Below are positions 50,932 to 63,209 of a stretch of DNA of 64,000 bases, in pieces (position 1 is the stretch's first letter; the number at the start of each line of letters is the position of its first letter). The stretch is from Vermamoeba vermiformis. Lineage: Eukaryota. A program made the position numbers and the translations under genes. The DNA is taken from the NCBI GenBank assembly GCA_045837725.1, contig JBEWZL010000200.1:186001-250000 (forward strand), given 5' to 3'. Below the pieces are notes generated by a model. It searched no databases. It was not told the DNA's origin and saw only the letters and a program-made list of their open reading frames with translations.

Positions 50932-53570
50932 ATGAAGCAGAATATAATTATCACCCTATTATGTATCGTATTACTCTGCGTCACTCCTTCGTTTTCTAAG
51001 CCAACGACCCAAAGTGGTTCCTTAGAGGACTTGGGCACTTTGATGCTTAGCAAGGCGCTGCGTCTTGATCCAAAAATACAAGGAGGAGGTGCTAAGTGCG
51101 TAGGATGCGTCTTAGGTAAGTAAATCTCGCAGTAGTAATCGTAAAATCACAGCGACGGTTGATCAAACTTTTAAAAACTAATTCGAAGGCTGTATTTAAC
51201 GTTATAATTTATTCTAGTGGTTGCTCTTATCGAACAACTGACATATGTGCATGAACAAAATGTAGACAAGACTATGGAAATGCTCTGTCGGTAAGTGAAT
51301 TGATCCAACAACAGTTAAACATTATTAATTCTTCAATGAACAGCTATTTACCCTCAACCTTGTCTGTTTGGTGCGAGGACCTTATTCAGCAATACGGCGG
51401 CATCGTTATTAATATGTTAGGTAATTTATCTACAAAATGGGTGCGATCGGAAAGTTAGGGTTGGATTTCCACTTTTTATTTGCTACCACGAACTTACTTC
51501 GCGTTGTGAACAGAAAATGAAGAGACGCCAGACCTTGTATGTATGCAGATTGGCCTATGCAACAATGCAACCTGTCACCTGTTCCCGCGTCCAAACAAGA
51601 TGACACCATTTATGAAAGCTTTCCCGTCCTTTAATGCTTATGAATTGCCGCAACCTTCTCGTCTTCATGAAAGACAAGCCCGTGGTGGTTTTGACCCTTT
51701 GAAATGGCTCTGGGACAAACTTTCAACTGTCGCCAACTCACACTTGCCGTTGGTCGATCTGGATGGCGACAAATTTTCAAGTAAGATCTTATTATATATG
51801 CACTTTGATGACCTTCTATTACTCTTATAATCACATTTGATTTCAATAATTTCAAATTTCAATTATTGCCCTTTTATTTTTAAATCAACATGCAGTACAC
51901 CCCATAATAATGGTTTCCTAATTAGGTGCTGATACCTTCAGAGGCTCAAGATGGCGCGGACGTGACTGCAACGAGTTCTCAAAAGATATTTACCCTGGCA
52001 GACAAGTGAACGATTATGACGTATGACACTTATTCAAAACACGGTGTTTGCAAGTATTTATTATGATTCTATTTTAGGCTACGACCGATCACAATTGCAA
52101 TGGTATTCGGGGCACTAATCCGAGCACTGGCCGATCATACGAGTCTGAGCTCTGTGACGGCACTGACCCGCACGGTGTAGTGATTTTGGGCGATTCTGCT
52201 GGTACGTCGTTCACTGAAAAACTTGTTCACTGAAGCGTTGCTCAATGACTCCCAATTTAGCCGCACATTTCCACGTGCCTCCCGAGTACGTGATGGCTGC
52301 TAACATCACCGCATCAACCTATCGCAATCTGGTCGATATTTTGTTGGACGAATTTGACTGGCCACAAATGAGTGCCACGACTGGCTACGAAGACACGCAG
52401 TGGATTGGCACGCCGCCTGGTCCCGTGCACTCGTTCTACTTGAAGATGCGTGAGCGCAATCGATGCATGCATAGAGGTGAGTAGTGCAAATCGACTTTAT
52501 ATAATCGAGTTATATTTAACTCTCGCGCATAGACTACCAAAACATTGCTGTCAACGGTGCGCGATCAAGCTCCATGAGCAATCCCAAGGACGGAATTATT
52601 CACACTTTGGCTCGTAACGCCACACTCGACAGACCTGTCTTCTTGACTCTCGCGCTCATCGGCAATGGTGCGTGCTATAATCTCCTTCGATCGATTACAT
52701 ATTATACAAGATACTAACATACTGAAGATGTCTGCAACGGTCACCACAGCTTCGACTGGATGACCACGCCGCAAGAGATGTACGACAACACTATGACCTC
52801 GCTCAAGTACCTCGACAACGGTGTCTTGCCCAAGGGCAGTCACGTGTTCGTGATCGGCATGGCTGACGGCACTCTGCTCTACGACTACTTGCACAATCTC
52901 ACACACCCTCTCGGTGCACTCAGGTACGTCTTCAATGTGCTAGACTGATCGACATTGACACTCACTCACAATGCTCTCGTGTTCTTAGAAATGACATCAC
53001 TTACGCACAGTTCTACGACTTTATGAATTGCGTGCATGCCTCACCGTGCTGGGGCTGGATGAACACTGATGCCACTGTCAGACAAAAGACTCAACAGCGC
53101 GCCAATGAACTCAGCGCTGTGTTGCGCAATGTACGTATTACTATATTAAGCGCGCTATTATCAATCTAACTCGACTATTCAGATCACCCTCACTCAAAAA
53201 TTCAACAATTTTGACACGTACTTCTTTGAGAGCCCTATTAATGGCAAGTATCACTTAAGCACCTGCGATGAAATTAATATGAAGCTAATACACCTGTTCT
53301 ATTCAGAGGTGATGAAGATTTGGGTGGCGCAAGGTGGTCAAGTGTACGACTTGATTGAGCCCGTTGATGGCTTCCATCCCTCACAGATCGGCAATGCACT
53401 CGTCGCGGACTACATGTGGAAGCAGATTGAAGCGAATTATCCGCACATTATGCCACCTGTCAATCCCAACAACGCGCAGATTGACAAGCTGTTCGGCAAT
53501 CAAGGTATGTAACAAGTAATGCTCTCTTAATAACGTCGTGTTGACTGGTGTTTGTTTAGGTGGATATTAA
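50932..53570 (+). CDS. AOAH: Acyloxyacyl hydrolase (saposin-B plus SGNH lipase)
   Basis: Signal peptide, CVGCVLVVALIEQL, PLVDLDGDKFS, RGSKWRGRDCN, LGDSA|AAHF, CMHRDYQNIAVNGAR, IGNDVCNGH, SPCWGWMN, IEPVDGFHPSQ, FGNQGGY. Confidence 0.95.
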
Positions 53571-53790
53571 TTAGCTCTCATAGTGTAACATTGTAGTTAT
53601 AATACTTTCAGTAAACATTTTGATCAAGTGTAAACATATGTCCTTAAGGTTCATTTATATATACAGCCTTGTTAACTATTTATACGTACTGTCCTTGAAT
53701 TTCGCTGTTTAACTCCGCTGCCGAGTTAAAAAAGTTCTAAAGCTGGTGTTTGCTTGTCAAAGATTTTTTCAGCTTAACTGAGGAGCACAT

Positions 53791-54779
53791 ATGAATAAGA
53801 TCGAAAAGATCGAAGATATAGATGCGTTAAATGATATTAATGGCGTATCAATTGAAAGTAAGTGGTAACGTTGACGTTAACTTTAGCAATGTCCGATCGG
53901 TGTTTAAACTTCGTTTTTAATGCCAGATATTGACCAAAGAGCACGACCAGTAGAATATAATGACAAAACAGACCCTTATTGGCGATGTAGATCAATGAGT
54001 GGATTTTTAGATCCAGCTGAAACTTTCAAACAGCGTCTTAAGGCAGATTGGAATACGTAAGACACCTATTCGTATTTTTCCTTAAATTATAATTAAAAAT
54101 ATAAATTCAAAAATGCATTCCACGATTGATTATTCCAAACCAAAGTTTTTCTTCTCTTGGCAGCATTCAATGCCTCCCCTGTTTAAACAATTAATGTAAT
54201 TATTATAATCTAGTGTTAGTTCATATGGAGTTACGCATGAAGAATTGGCATTCCACTTGCGCACAGTGTTGGATCTGGCGAAACAAGAACGGATCCGCAA
54301 TGAATGGGGACCTGATCGTGCCGTTACTAGTAAGTATATTTATATTTCTCCTATCTAAAGCTTAAATGAAACACTGCGCTATAATATCGATGACACGATT
54401 AATTGTACGAAAGAAAATATTGGCGTGTACTAATGTACCGTGAACAGTTTCTTATGACGTGCGGTCAACGCCTGGTCAACGCTGGACTGGCATCCACAAA
54501 CTATCACGTGGTCCACAGCAGCTAAAAATAGAACACCGCAGCTTCATTGGCTACCAGTGGTCATTGTTTTACAATTTAGAGCGAGAGGGCAGTGTGCTGA
54601 ACACGAGTTGGAATGAAGACCACACAGTGACTAATGTAGCTATGAATACGAGTCTACTAATCGCTGAGGGCATTGTGGAGTACATTGCCTTATTTGGATT
54701 CTATGAAAGTGGCGCGAATAATGAGTACAAAGTGGATCCGCTGCAGTTAATCAGAACACTGACTGGATACTCTGAATAG
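53791..54779 (+). CDS. Conserved-looking hypothetical protein, 4 exons
   Basis: RARP...SMSGFLDPAETF...D..., GVTHEELA, GYQWSLF, FGFYESG..EYKVDP. Confidence 0.6.
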
Positions 54780-54897
54780 CACTAACCTGCCATGTATATT
54801 GTATAATAACTTTGCTGTAAATATAAACCTTAGCCTCTATTCAACGAAGTCAGATCTGGCAAATATTCATTTTTTTCCGTCAAATGGAGCACACAGC

Positions 54898-57800
54898 ATG
54901 AGGAGCAGAATTAAAGAAGACCATACTGTGGCTCATGGCAACACTAATGGATCCATATCAAGTGCTTCCATATCTAACAAGCTCTTCATTGCATTTTTAC
55001 TGTGGATCTGTTTGCTACACGGCACAGCGATATTGACATTTACAAAAGGATTTTTCCTGACTAAATACGAGGTCAAAAACACTAGTAGATGTGATAATAA
55101 TCCATCTCCGTATTTATCAGCCGCGAGGTAATTTTTTTAATATTTTTTTGTATTTTTGACATTTTGCAATTAATTACTGCTATTAGCGATGTGCAATCCG
55201 AAAATAATATTTCTAAATTCACGTTTATTCCAGTAGTGCACATACAACCAAACAACCAAGTGATGGGTGTTGGATGCCACGTCGATACACCAAAGCAGTG
55301 ATCATTATTATAGACGCACTTCGATTTGACTTTATGACCTACGACCCCTCAATACCTGAAGACTATTATAGAAATAGACTCCCTTATGTCGATCAGCTCT
55401 TAAAGACAAGGTAATTCTCCGTACTTGCTGACCACATCCAAAACTGACTCGCGTACCTTGCAGAGCTCAACACTCAGTACTATATAAATTCATTGCTGAT
55501 CCACCTACCACCACCATGCAACGGCTCAAAGGGCTGACTACAGGTGGCATGCCGACATTCATTGACGCAGGTGACAATTTCAATCCTAGTGCGCGTATTT
55601 TTGAAGACAATTGGGTGGAACAACTCATCAACCAGGGTCAGTTACTATATAAGGTTAGCGAGATAGTAAATTTGACTCAATTCTCCAAATTAGGCAATCG
55701 CGTGGTGTTTATGGGCGATGACACGTGGACAGCACTGTACCCGGAACATTTTCACAGAAATTATTCGTACCCGTCCTTCAACGTCAAAGATCTGCACACT
55801 GTAGATAATGGCACGTGATATTTCCTAATTTGGACGTGACTGACCCTCGCGCAGGTGTGTTGGATCATTTAGTGCCTGAACTGTCGTCACGTGACTGGGA
55901 TGTAATCATTGCACATTTTCTCGGCGTAGATCACGTGGGACATCGCTACGGGTACGCGAAATGATTGATTTTGCATTGAAGGTCTGCGACTGACACGTGT
56001 CAAATACAGGCCCAGTCACCCAGCTATGATCGACAAATTGCAACAAATGAATGCAATGCTTGAATCAGTCGTGGCCACTATTGACAAGAACAAGCGCGAG
56101 CACCCTGATGAGTGAGTCACGTGATTTGTCTCTCGCACCAAATTAGGTAATCTAACCAGGTGTTTTCAGAGAAACAATCTTGCTGGTGATGGGTGACCAC
56201 GGCATGACTGCTGACGGCAATCACGGAGGTGCCTCCGAACTCGAAGTCAGCGCCGCACTGTTCATGCTGGCCACTGACCTGATCAACAACGCAGATGTCA
56301 AAGTGTCAAACACTGACTCGCACAGCACACCGTTCATTGAAGTGTCGCAGATTGACATCGTGCCAAGCATTGCACTTATGCTCGGGGCACCAATCCCGCA
56401 CGGAAATCTCGGACAAATCATTCCCGAACTGTTTTTGCGCCGCGATCACCGTACGATACTCGATCACGTGACTTCAGCGGAACAATTCGTCGAATACTTG
56501 CAAACACTGCCGTCGCAACAACAAGACGTGTTATTGCGTGCCTTGAAAGAGCTAAATACAGCTCAACACATCAATGACTGGCAACTGCACGAGTATTTGA
56601 TGGCTTACAATAACCAAACTAGGCAATTCCCACGTGACAGCATCAACGAATTATTGCAACAATTTCAACGAGCCAATCAGTTGTTTGAACAGTTTAATAC
56701 CGGTGACCAATCACAAGTCACGTGGTCTGTTGATCGCATCAAACTCGCGTGGCACGTGATCAGCGCGTACAGGACGTATCACAAGTCAGCACTTGACATG
56801 TGTCGCAGACTGTGGACGACATTTGATGTTGACACGATGACACTTGGTGTCGCAGTTATGCTTGGCAGTTGTTTGACACTTGCAATTCAATTGGTCAACG
56901 GACTACATACCTTTCCTTATTTGGCAACATTCACTGCACTGTTAATCGGAGCACTCACAGCACTGCTACGACACGTGTCACTCGGCACAGTGACATTCTT
57001 CGTGACCAATTACTCCGACTACCTGTTGTACGGATCACTGGCCTCGATTGCCGTGCACCTTCTCTTCCAAATTAGGCAACTAGTCCGTGCAGGCCTCCGT
57101 CACATTCAACTCGACATGATGAGCCTCGCCACACTCGTCTTGCTAGTGTTGCGCATAGTCGCACTGTTCACCAACAGCTACATTGAAGCCGAGTACCGCG
57201 TCGTGCAGTTCTTGCAGCTCAGCATGGTCGTGCTCTATGCATGGACTATGCAGCGCTTTGAAGGGCCCTGGACTCGTGCGGCACTGTTGGCTGTGCTCGT
57301 CAAATTAGGCTCGTTCACGACACGTGTCAAACAAGAAGAGCACGATGAAGACCTCTCAATGACATATGTCACACTCCTCACCACTGTCTTTGTGCCACTG
57401 ATCGCGCTGCTCGTGCTGCACCGTATGTTGATGGCACTCACATTGCGCGCCAATTACTCCTCGACACGCAGCAGTCGTGTGTATCACGCACTGCTCTACA
57501 TCATGACGGGACTGGTCGCTGGTTATTGGACTGTGCTCAAGCTAGGTGCTCTTGAATCGCACTGGACCGTTCGTATACTCTTTCCTAATTTGGTATACGT
57601 CCTGTCACTGATGCAGATCACACTGCTCGTGCTCTTCACACCATTCATGATCAATCTCCGCACACATGTCTTGGCACTCGCTGCATCGCTCACACCTCCG
57701 CTGCTGCTGTTATTGGGTCCGACTTCCGCTTGGGCTCTGCTCGTGCTGTCACTTCAACTCGTCCTGGCCCCTTCAGCGACACATCAGCCATTCTTTGCAG

Positions 57801-58304
57801 TGCTGTTCCTGTCACTGACAGCAGTCAATTACTTCTACGCGACAGGACACTATCCGGACTTCAATTCGCTGCAGTTCTGGGCTCCGTTTGTGGGCTACGA
57901 CGAGTATCACCCGCGCATTGGTGCCATTCTCACCGTGCTCAATACTTGGGCTGCACCACTGCTAGTAACTGCTGCACTGTCGAGTATTCACCGCACAGCA
58001 GCCGATGAGCGGATCATTGCCTGCAGTGTTTGATTCACATGTCATGTTCATCTTGATCCAAGCGCTGGTAGCGTGCTCGACAATGATCTTCAATCACTTG
58101 CAGCGCAGACATCTGATGGTGTGGCGTATATTCGCCCCCAAGTATATATTCGAAGCATTACTATTGTTGTTCATTGATGGACTAGTTTTTGTGTTCGTTC
58201 TGTTCTTGATCCGTTGGAGTCAAGTCAATAAGCCTAAAGAGAAACAAAAGGATCAAAATAATAAAATAAGACTATCTTCGTTTCGAAATTCGCAGGGGGT
58301 TTAA
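54898..58304 (+). CDS. PIGO: GPI ethanolamine phosphate transferase 3 (PIG-O/GPI13)
   Basis: [96 protein letters not shown]. Confidence 0.95.
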
Positions 58305-58433
58305 TTTTGAAATGATACAAAGTAAAACCTTTCCGCTCGCATCCGTCCTTCTTCAACCAACAAAATTAAGAATGACAGACGCGCTCAGAAATATAAAACA
58401 AGGCACAAACGGGTCAAATTAACAAAAGTGTAT

Positions 58434-59799
58434 TTAGAACTCTCTCTTGGGCTTGCTAGAAGCATAGTCGAGACGGATCGGTCGACCAGCAAGGTTTTGT
58501 CCTTGCTTGGCAATAGCGAGATCAACAGCAGAAGAATCGCTGAATTCAACAAAAGCGCAGCCCTTGAATTCACCGGTGTTCTTGTCGTTCAACCAACGAA
58601 TGGCAGAGATCTCACCGCAGTCCTTGAAGAACTCGCGAACAGATTCTTCGTCGATCGTGTATGACAATTGACCAGCGAACACTGTAGTGCAGCCTTCAGG
58701 CTTGGGGGACAATTGGGTGTCCTTGCCAGGCTTGCGACCACCAGCGGCGGCATTGCGGGGCTTGGCGAGCTCGCATCTGATAGCACGGCCCATCAATTCT
58801 TGACCAGTAAGGGCAAGAGCCTTTTGAGCAGCGGCGGGGGAGTCGAAAGTAATGAATCCAGTACTAGGCATTAGAATTATTAGTAAATTGAAAAGTTGAC
58901 GGTTGAGATCGATCTGGATCGTGATGCGATATCCTGCATCTAATAAACTAAAGTGCAGACATCATCGCCCCCGTAAGGGACGACTTCTGTACTTCCGAGG
59001 TGTGCAGTTTATATTTTTGCGAATTTTTTGCTAATCAGCTTACCCAGTAAAGCGACCAGTGTCTCTGTTGTTGACCCAATCAATCTCGACGATCGTTCCG
59101 CACTCCTTGAAGAACTCCTTGGTAGCGTTGTCATCAATGTCGTAGGACAAGTTACCAATGTAAACACGAGCGCCTTCACCACCAGCAGCGGGAGCAGCGG
59201 CGGCAGGGGTGGATTCGGCCTTCTTGGGGGCTTCCTTTTTCTTGGGTTTCTCGTCTTCAGAATCAGAATCGCTCGATGAGGATGATGAGGAGGACTCCTT
59301 AGCAGCCTTCTTTGAGGGGGTAGCGGCCTTCTTGGCAGGCTTTTCGGATTCTGAATCCGAATCGCTAGGATGAGGAAGATGAAGATGAAGCTTGCTTCTT
59401 GGCAGCCTTCTTGGGCTCTTCCTTCTTCTTGGGGGTTTCCTTCTTGGCAGGCTTCTCGGATTCAGAATCTGAATCGCTAGAAGATGAGGAGGAAGAGGAA
59501 GCTTGCTTCTTCTTGGGGGTCTCCTTCTTGGCGGGGGTGGCGGGTTTCTTGGCCTCCTCCTTCTTCTTGGGCTTCTCGGATTCAGAGTCTGAATCGCTGG
59601 ATGAGGATGAAGAAGAAGAAGCTTGCTTCTTGGCGGCCTTCTTGGGCTCTTCCTTCTTTTGTTTCTTAGCGGGCTTCTCGTCGGGGGTGGGCTCAGCCTT
59701 TCGCTTCTTGTCAGTAACGACGGGCTTCTTTTCAACTTCCATCTCGTCGTCGGATGAAGAGGATGATGAGGATGAAGCGAGTTTCTTGGCCTTAGACAT
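58434..59799 (-). CDS. Nucleolin/Nsr1/Gar2-like protein (Ser-acidic/Lys repeats plus 2 RRMs); apparent 1-nt frameshift at ~59367
   Basis: SSSSSSDSDSE/KKA repeats; RRM1 VYIGNLSY...GFITF; RRM2 VFAGQLSY...KGCAFVEF...GRPIRLDY; intron 58864-59043. Confidence 0.9.
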
Positions 59800-59970
59800 G
59801 TTTATCGATTGCGATCTGATCTGTGTGTTCCTGAGCTACGGAGATGAAAACAAGGGCAACAGCAGGTTTCGAGTTTTTGTTCACCAAACTGGGCATTTTT
59901 GACCGTCAAAATTCTGTTCGAGTTGATTTCAGGCCAAAACCGATCCACTTGTGATTCTGACACCCAAAAC

Positions 59971-62001
59971 ATGACCACCGTTTATCATGCCTCGTTGGCA
60001 TTACCGACTGATCTTGTATTTATTTCAGCGTTAACTTCGTCATATTTGATGGACGAAGATGGATTCATTCGAACAGTCAAGTTCTACGAGATCGCTTGGA
60101 AAACAATATTTGAGCGCTCTTCAACGCCCATGTTAATTATACCATTCGAAAATAATTTATTTATCGTTACGAAGGTAAGATCTGATCCCTGCTGCGAACT
60201 GCCCGCATTAAATTATTAATAATTCGCAGAAAAAATTCGTTTCGAGCGTACGAAAGGAGTTTAGAGAGAAATATCCTGACATTAAATTGGACACTATCGA
60301 GGAGGACGGAATTCCACGAGGGTAAGAATTCTTTTTTCAAGTCACTGCGTTCTGATCCGGTACGTTCATAGACTTTTGGAACAAACGATCAAAGTCATCG
60401 TTCTGCGAGTGCTATCAGACAAAGGCTGGATGAAAGTGAAGGACGACAGCTTCATTTATGCACCTCTAGCCCCTGACGAGCGAAAGAAATCGCCAGTGCG
60501 ACCATTGGTGACTTTGGTACGTCGAATTCTTGCTAATACGAAGCACAATTAATAACATCCGACCATAGAGATTCACACTGCATGGCGAGAATGAGGCCTA
60601 TTTTACCATTGAGACTTCAGCTGCCAAGTTCACCTCGTTGACACTTGACACGTTGTTGCCAGAGTACGAGAACGACGGCACTGAGCACGAGCACGAGGAC
60701 TTGAAGAAACGATTCAGTGAAGGAGAGCGAATTGTGAACAAAGACTTGGATGTCAGCAACTGCTTAGTGTTGCCTGCGTTGAATATGGCCACAATCTCGT
60801 TCATTCAAAAAGAACCTCCTACAGTGGGTGGAATTACGGCTGAAGTGTTTAAAAATTATTGGCGGTTCATGGTACGCGATTCATAACAATTAAATGCGAA
60901 GCAGATGACTAATCAACCTGGCTTAGTACGGCTACAAATTGACCGACAAGCTCTTAGAGCAAGGCTGGGCCTCAGTAGCGCTGTTCACTTTCATGTCGTA
61001 TCCAGTGTGTTGTTTGACATCCACTTCGGGGCTGATTGAACTCAAGGGCCGCGCTCGATCGGTCAAATCAAAGATCGTCAAACACTTTTTGCACGACTTG
61101 TCAAATGTCACACTGCCTCTTCACGAGAACGGCGAGCCAGTACGTATTATTACCATGTAAATAAGGCTCGCTTATTAACTTTGGATAGTTTTTCTCATTT
61201 AAAAAGATGGACAAGCAGCCGATGACATTTGAAACCGGCTTCGTTAGTGTTGCCAAACTGATCGCGCAGCCCGAACACCCCAATTTAACGCCACAAGACG
61301 ACACCGAGAAGAAATCGAAGCAAAAGAAGCCATTCGATCCTCAAGACATTGACGCAGTTCTTGCCGGACTTAATCCAGCGAGTGAAGTAACGGACGAAGC
61401 ACCCATCAGAAAAAAGAGACACGTAGCAACCGTACCAACGACTCCTGCTGTGCCCAAAACACCACCTAAGCCGAGTGTTCCCAAACCTCCTGGCCGCACA
61501 CTGGGCTTGAAAGTCCGTCAAGTAGAACCTGTCGCACAACAGACTTCCAAACCACTGCCCACCACTGGCCGATCATTAGGTGTGAAGAGAAAACAAGTCT
61601 CAGACGGACCTTTATATCAAAAAGAGCCGCTGACTAAAAAGAGAAAAACGCAAACAAAAGAAACAGACGAGGCTGAGGTCGTGAGCGCCAGTAACAACAA
61701 TATCACCAGTGCGTCAGAAGAGGTGCCTGACACATCGGTGAGCGAGGAACAATCGCACGAGATATCAACTTCTGAAGATGCAAACGGCGAGTTCAAAGTA
61801 CCCGGAGAGCCAGCAAAGAAGCGTGAGGCTGTCGATGCGAGCACCATTGATGTCGCCGCGCTGTTGAGTACCAACACAGTGGACTCGCTGTCCATTCCGC
61901 AACTGAAAGCGGTGTTGAAGAGTGTCAAGTTGCCTGTCAGCGGCAAGAAACAAGACCTCGTTGAGCGCGTGAAGAACAACAGCGCTCTGTTCTGTAAATA
62001 A
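59971..62001 (+). CDS. Hypothetical protein with C-terminal SAP domain
   Basis: C-terminal DSLSIPQLKAVLKSVKLPVSGKKQDLVERVK; multiple GT-AG exons. Confidence 0.75.
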
Positions 62002-62057
62002 TGTCGTCATATTGTAAATAGTGTAAATACTTTTATTGTTGTTATTCAATGTACAAT

Positions 62058-63152
62058 TCACTTGTTCTTTTCAGGTGAGGACAGTGGTGGCAGCACAAAC
62101 ATGTCACCGCTCTTGCGTCGCGACGCCTCAAACTCTCTGACACTCTTGCGCACTGAGTCGTCGATCGAGTACTTCAATTGATGCACTATGTAGCTGAATG
62201 CAAATATTGGGCTTGCTCAAATCTAAGTGATGCATCGTAAGTAATTTGAATGTCGAGAAAACTCGTGTTTTTTTACGTACCATTTCCGGACTAGAGCTTT
62301 TCTTTTAGCTTGTCCAACTTGGCCCTCCACACTTCCGAATAAAAAGCAACATGTTTCTCTTGTTGCGAGTCCGATCGGCTTGAGTCAGCTTCATCAACCT
62401 CCATAAACGCATCACAGTTGTCCTTCCCTTCTTCAGGTGATGGGGGACAAGAAAATGCATCGTCGCTTGAATCATCGAGGTCCATCTCTAAATTTTGGTT
62501 TGCAGTTTTTCTACTTTGGATGTCAGCAAGTATTTGCGAAATGAGAGAGACAAGAGTATAATCCGTAGTGCCGTCCAGTTGAGGTAATTGATTGAGTGGT
62601 GTGTTGAGGACTTGTTTCAGATCGGCTGTGCAAAATAAGCTGAGCTCTTTCAGCTTCGGATCCCCAGAGATTGAAATGGTACTAATGTCTAAAACATCGT
62701 TCAGGTAGGCAAAGTTGTCGTAATTTGTCCTCAATCGACGGCTAATCACCGCGGCTCGAGCTTTCTCGGTTTTGACGTGAGTGGGATTACGCGTGCCTCC
62801 CCAAATGTACTTTTTTTGGAACTCCTTTGGCGTAAGCCTATTCATGTCGTTCTTAATTTTGTTATATTTTTGGTACTCGGAAGAATCTGCATCTCGCTCG
62901 TCCGTTGGAGGGATTTGGATGTCGGCAAATTTGTCTGTCGTTCCGAGCCTAATGACAAATTGCTTGTATTTTTGCTGGCTCATATCCAAATATCTTTGCC
63001 TTGAAGAGTAGCACGTCCTCGATTTATTTATCTTGCTTCCATTAATTTTGAGAACAACTTTTCTTCTTCCTTTTAACAAACCGTTAAACAAATTTAATCA
63101 TGCAATGTTACTTACTGTGCTTTGTGTTATCCATCCCGGGTTTGGGTGTCAT
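62058..63152 (-). CDS. Hypothetical protein; apparent frameshift near 62300
   Basis: Long ORF 62291-63091 plus short first exon and a plausible last exon (YIVHQLKY...PEKNK*). Confidence 0.5.
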
Positions 63153-63209
63153 TTATCGGTCGTGTCACAGATGAATTTTTGACACAAACGAAAGAGCACC
63201 GCACAACAA

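Larger units (their letters stand above)
941..56002. repeat. Dispersed palindrome TGACACGTGTCA at 941, 1455, 18273, 31173, 48299, 50184, 55991
   Basis: Exact 12-mer read directly at each position; 6 of 7 are intronic. Confidence 0.85.

Noticed and set aside
57960-58035. Frame switch near the PIGO C-terminus (possible pseudogene or programmed frameshift)
   Set aside because: A 34-nt GT-AG intron (57965-57998) restores the frame; an assembly indel is also possible
59260-59790. Tandem repeats resembling an array
   Set aside because: Coding Ser/Asp/Lys repeats of the nucleolin-like protein; not CRISPR or satellite
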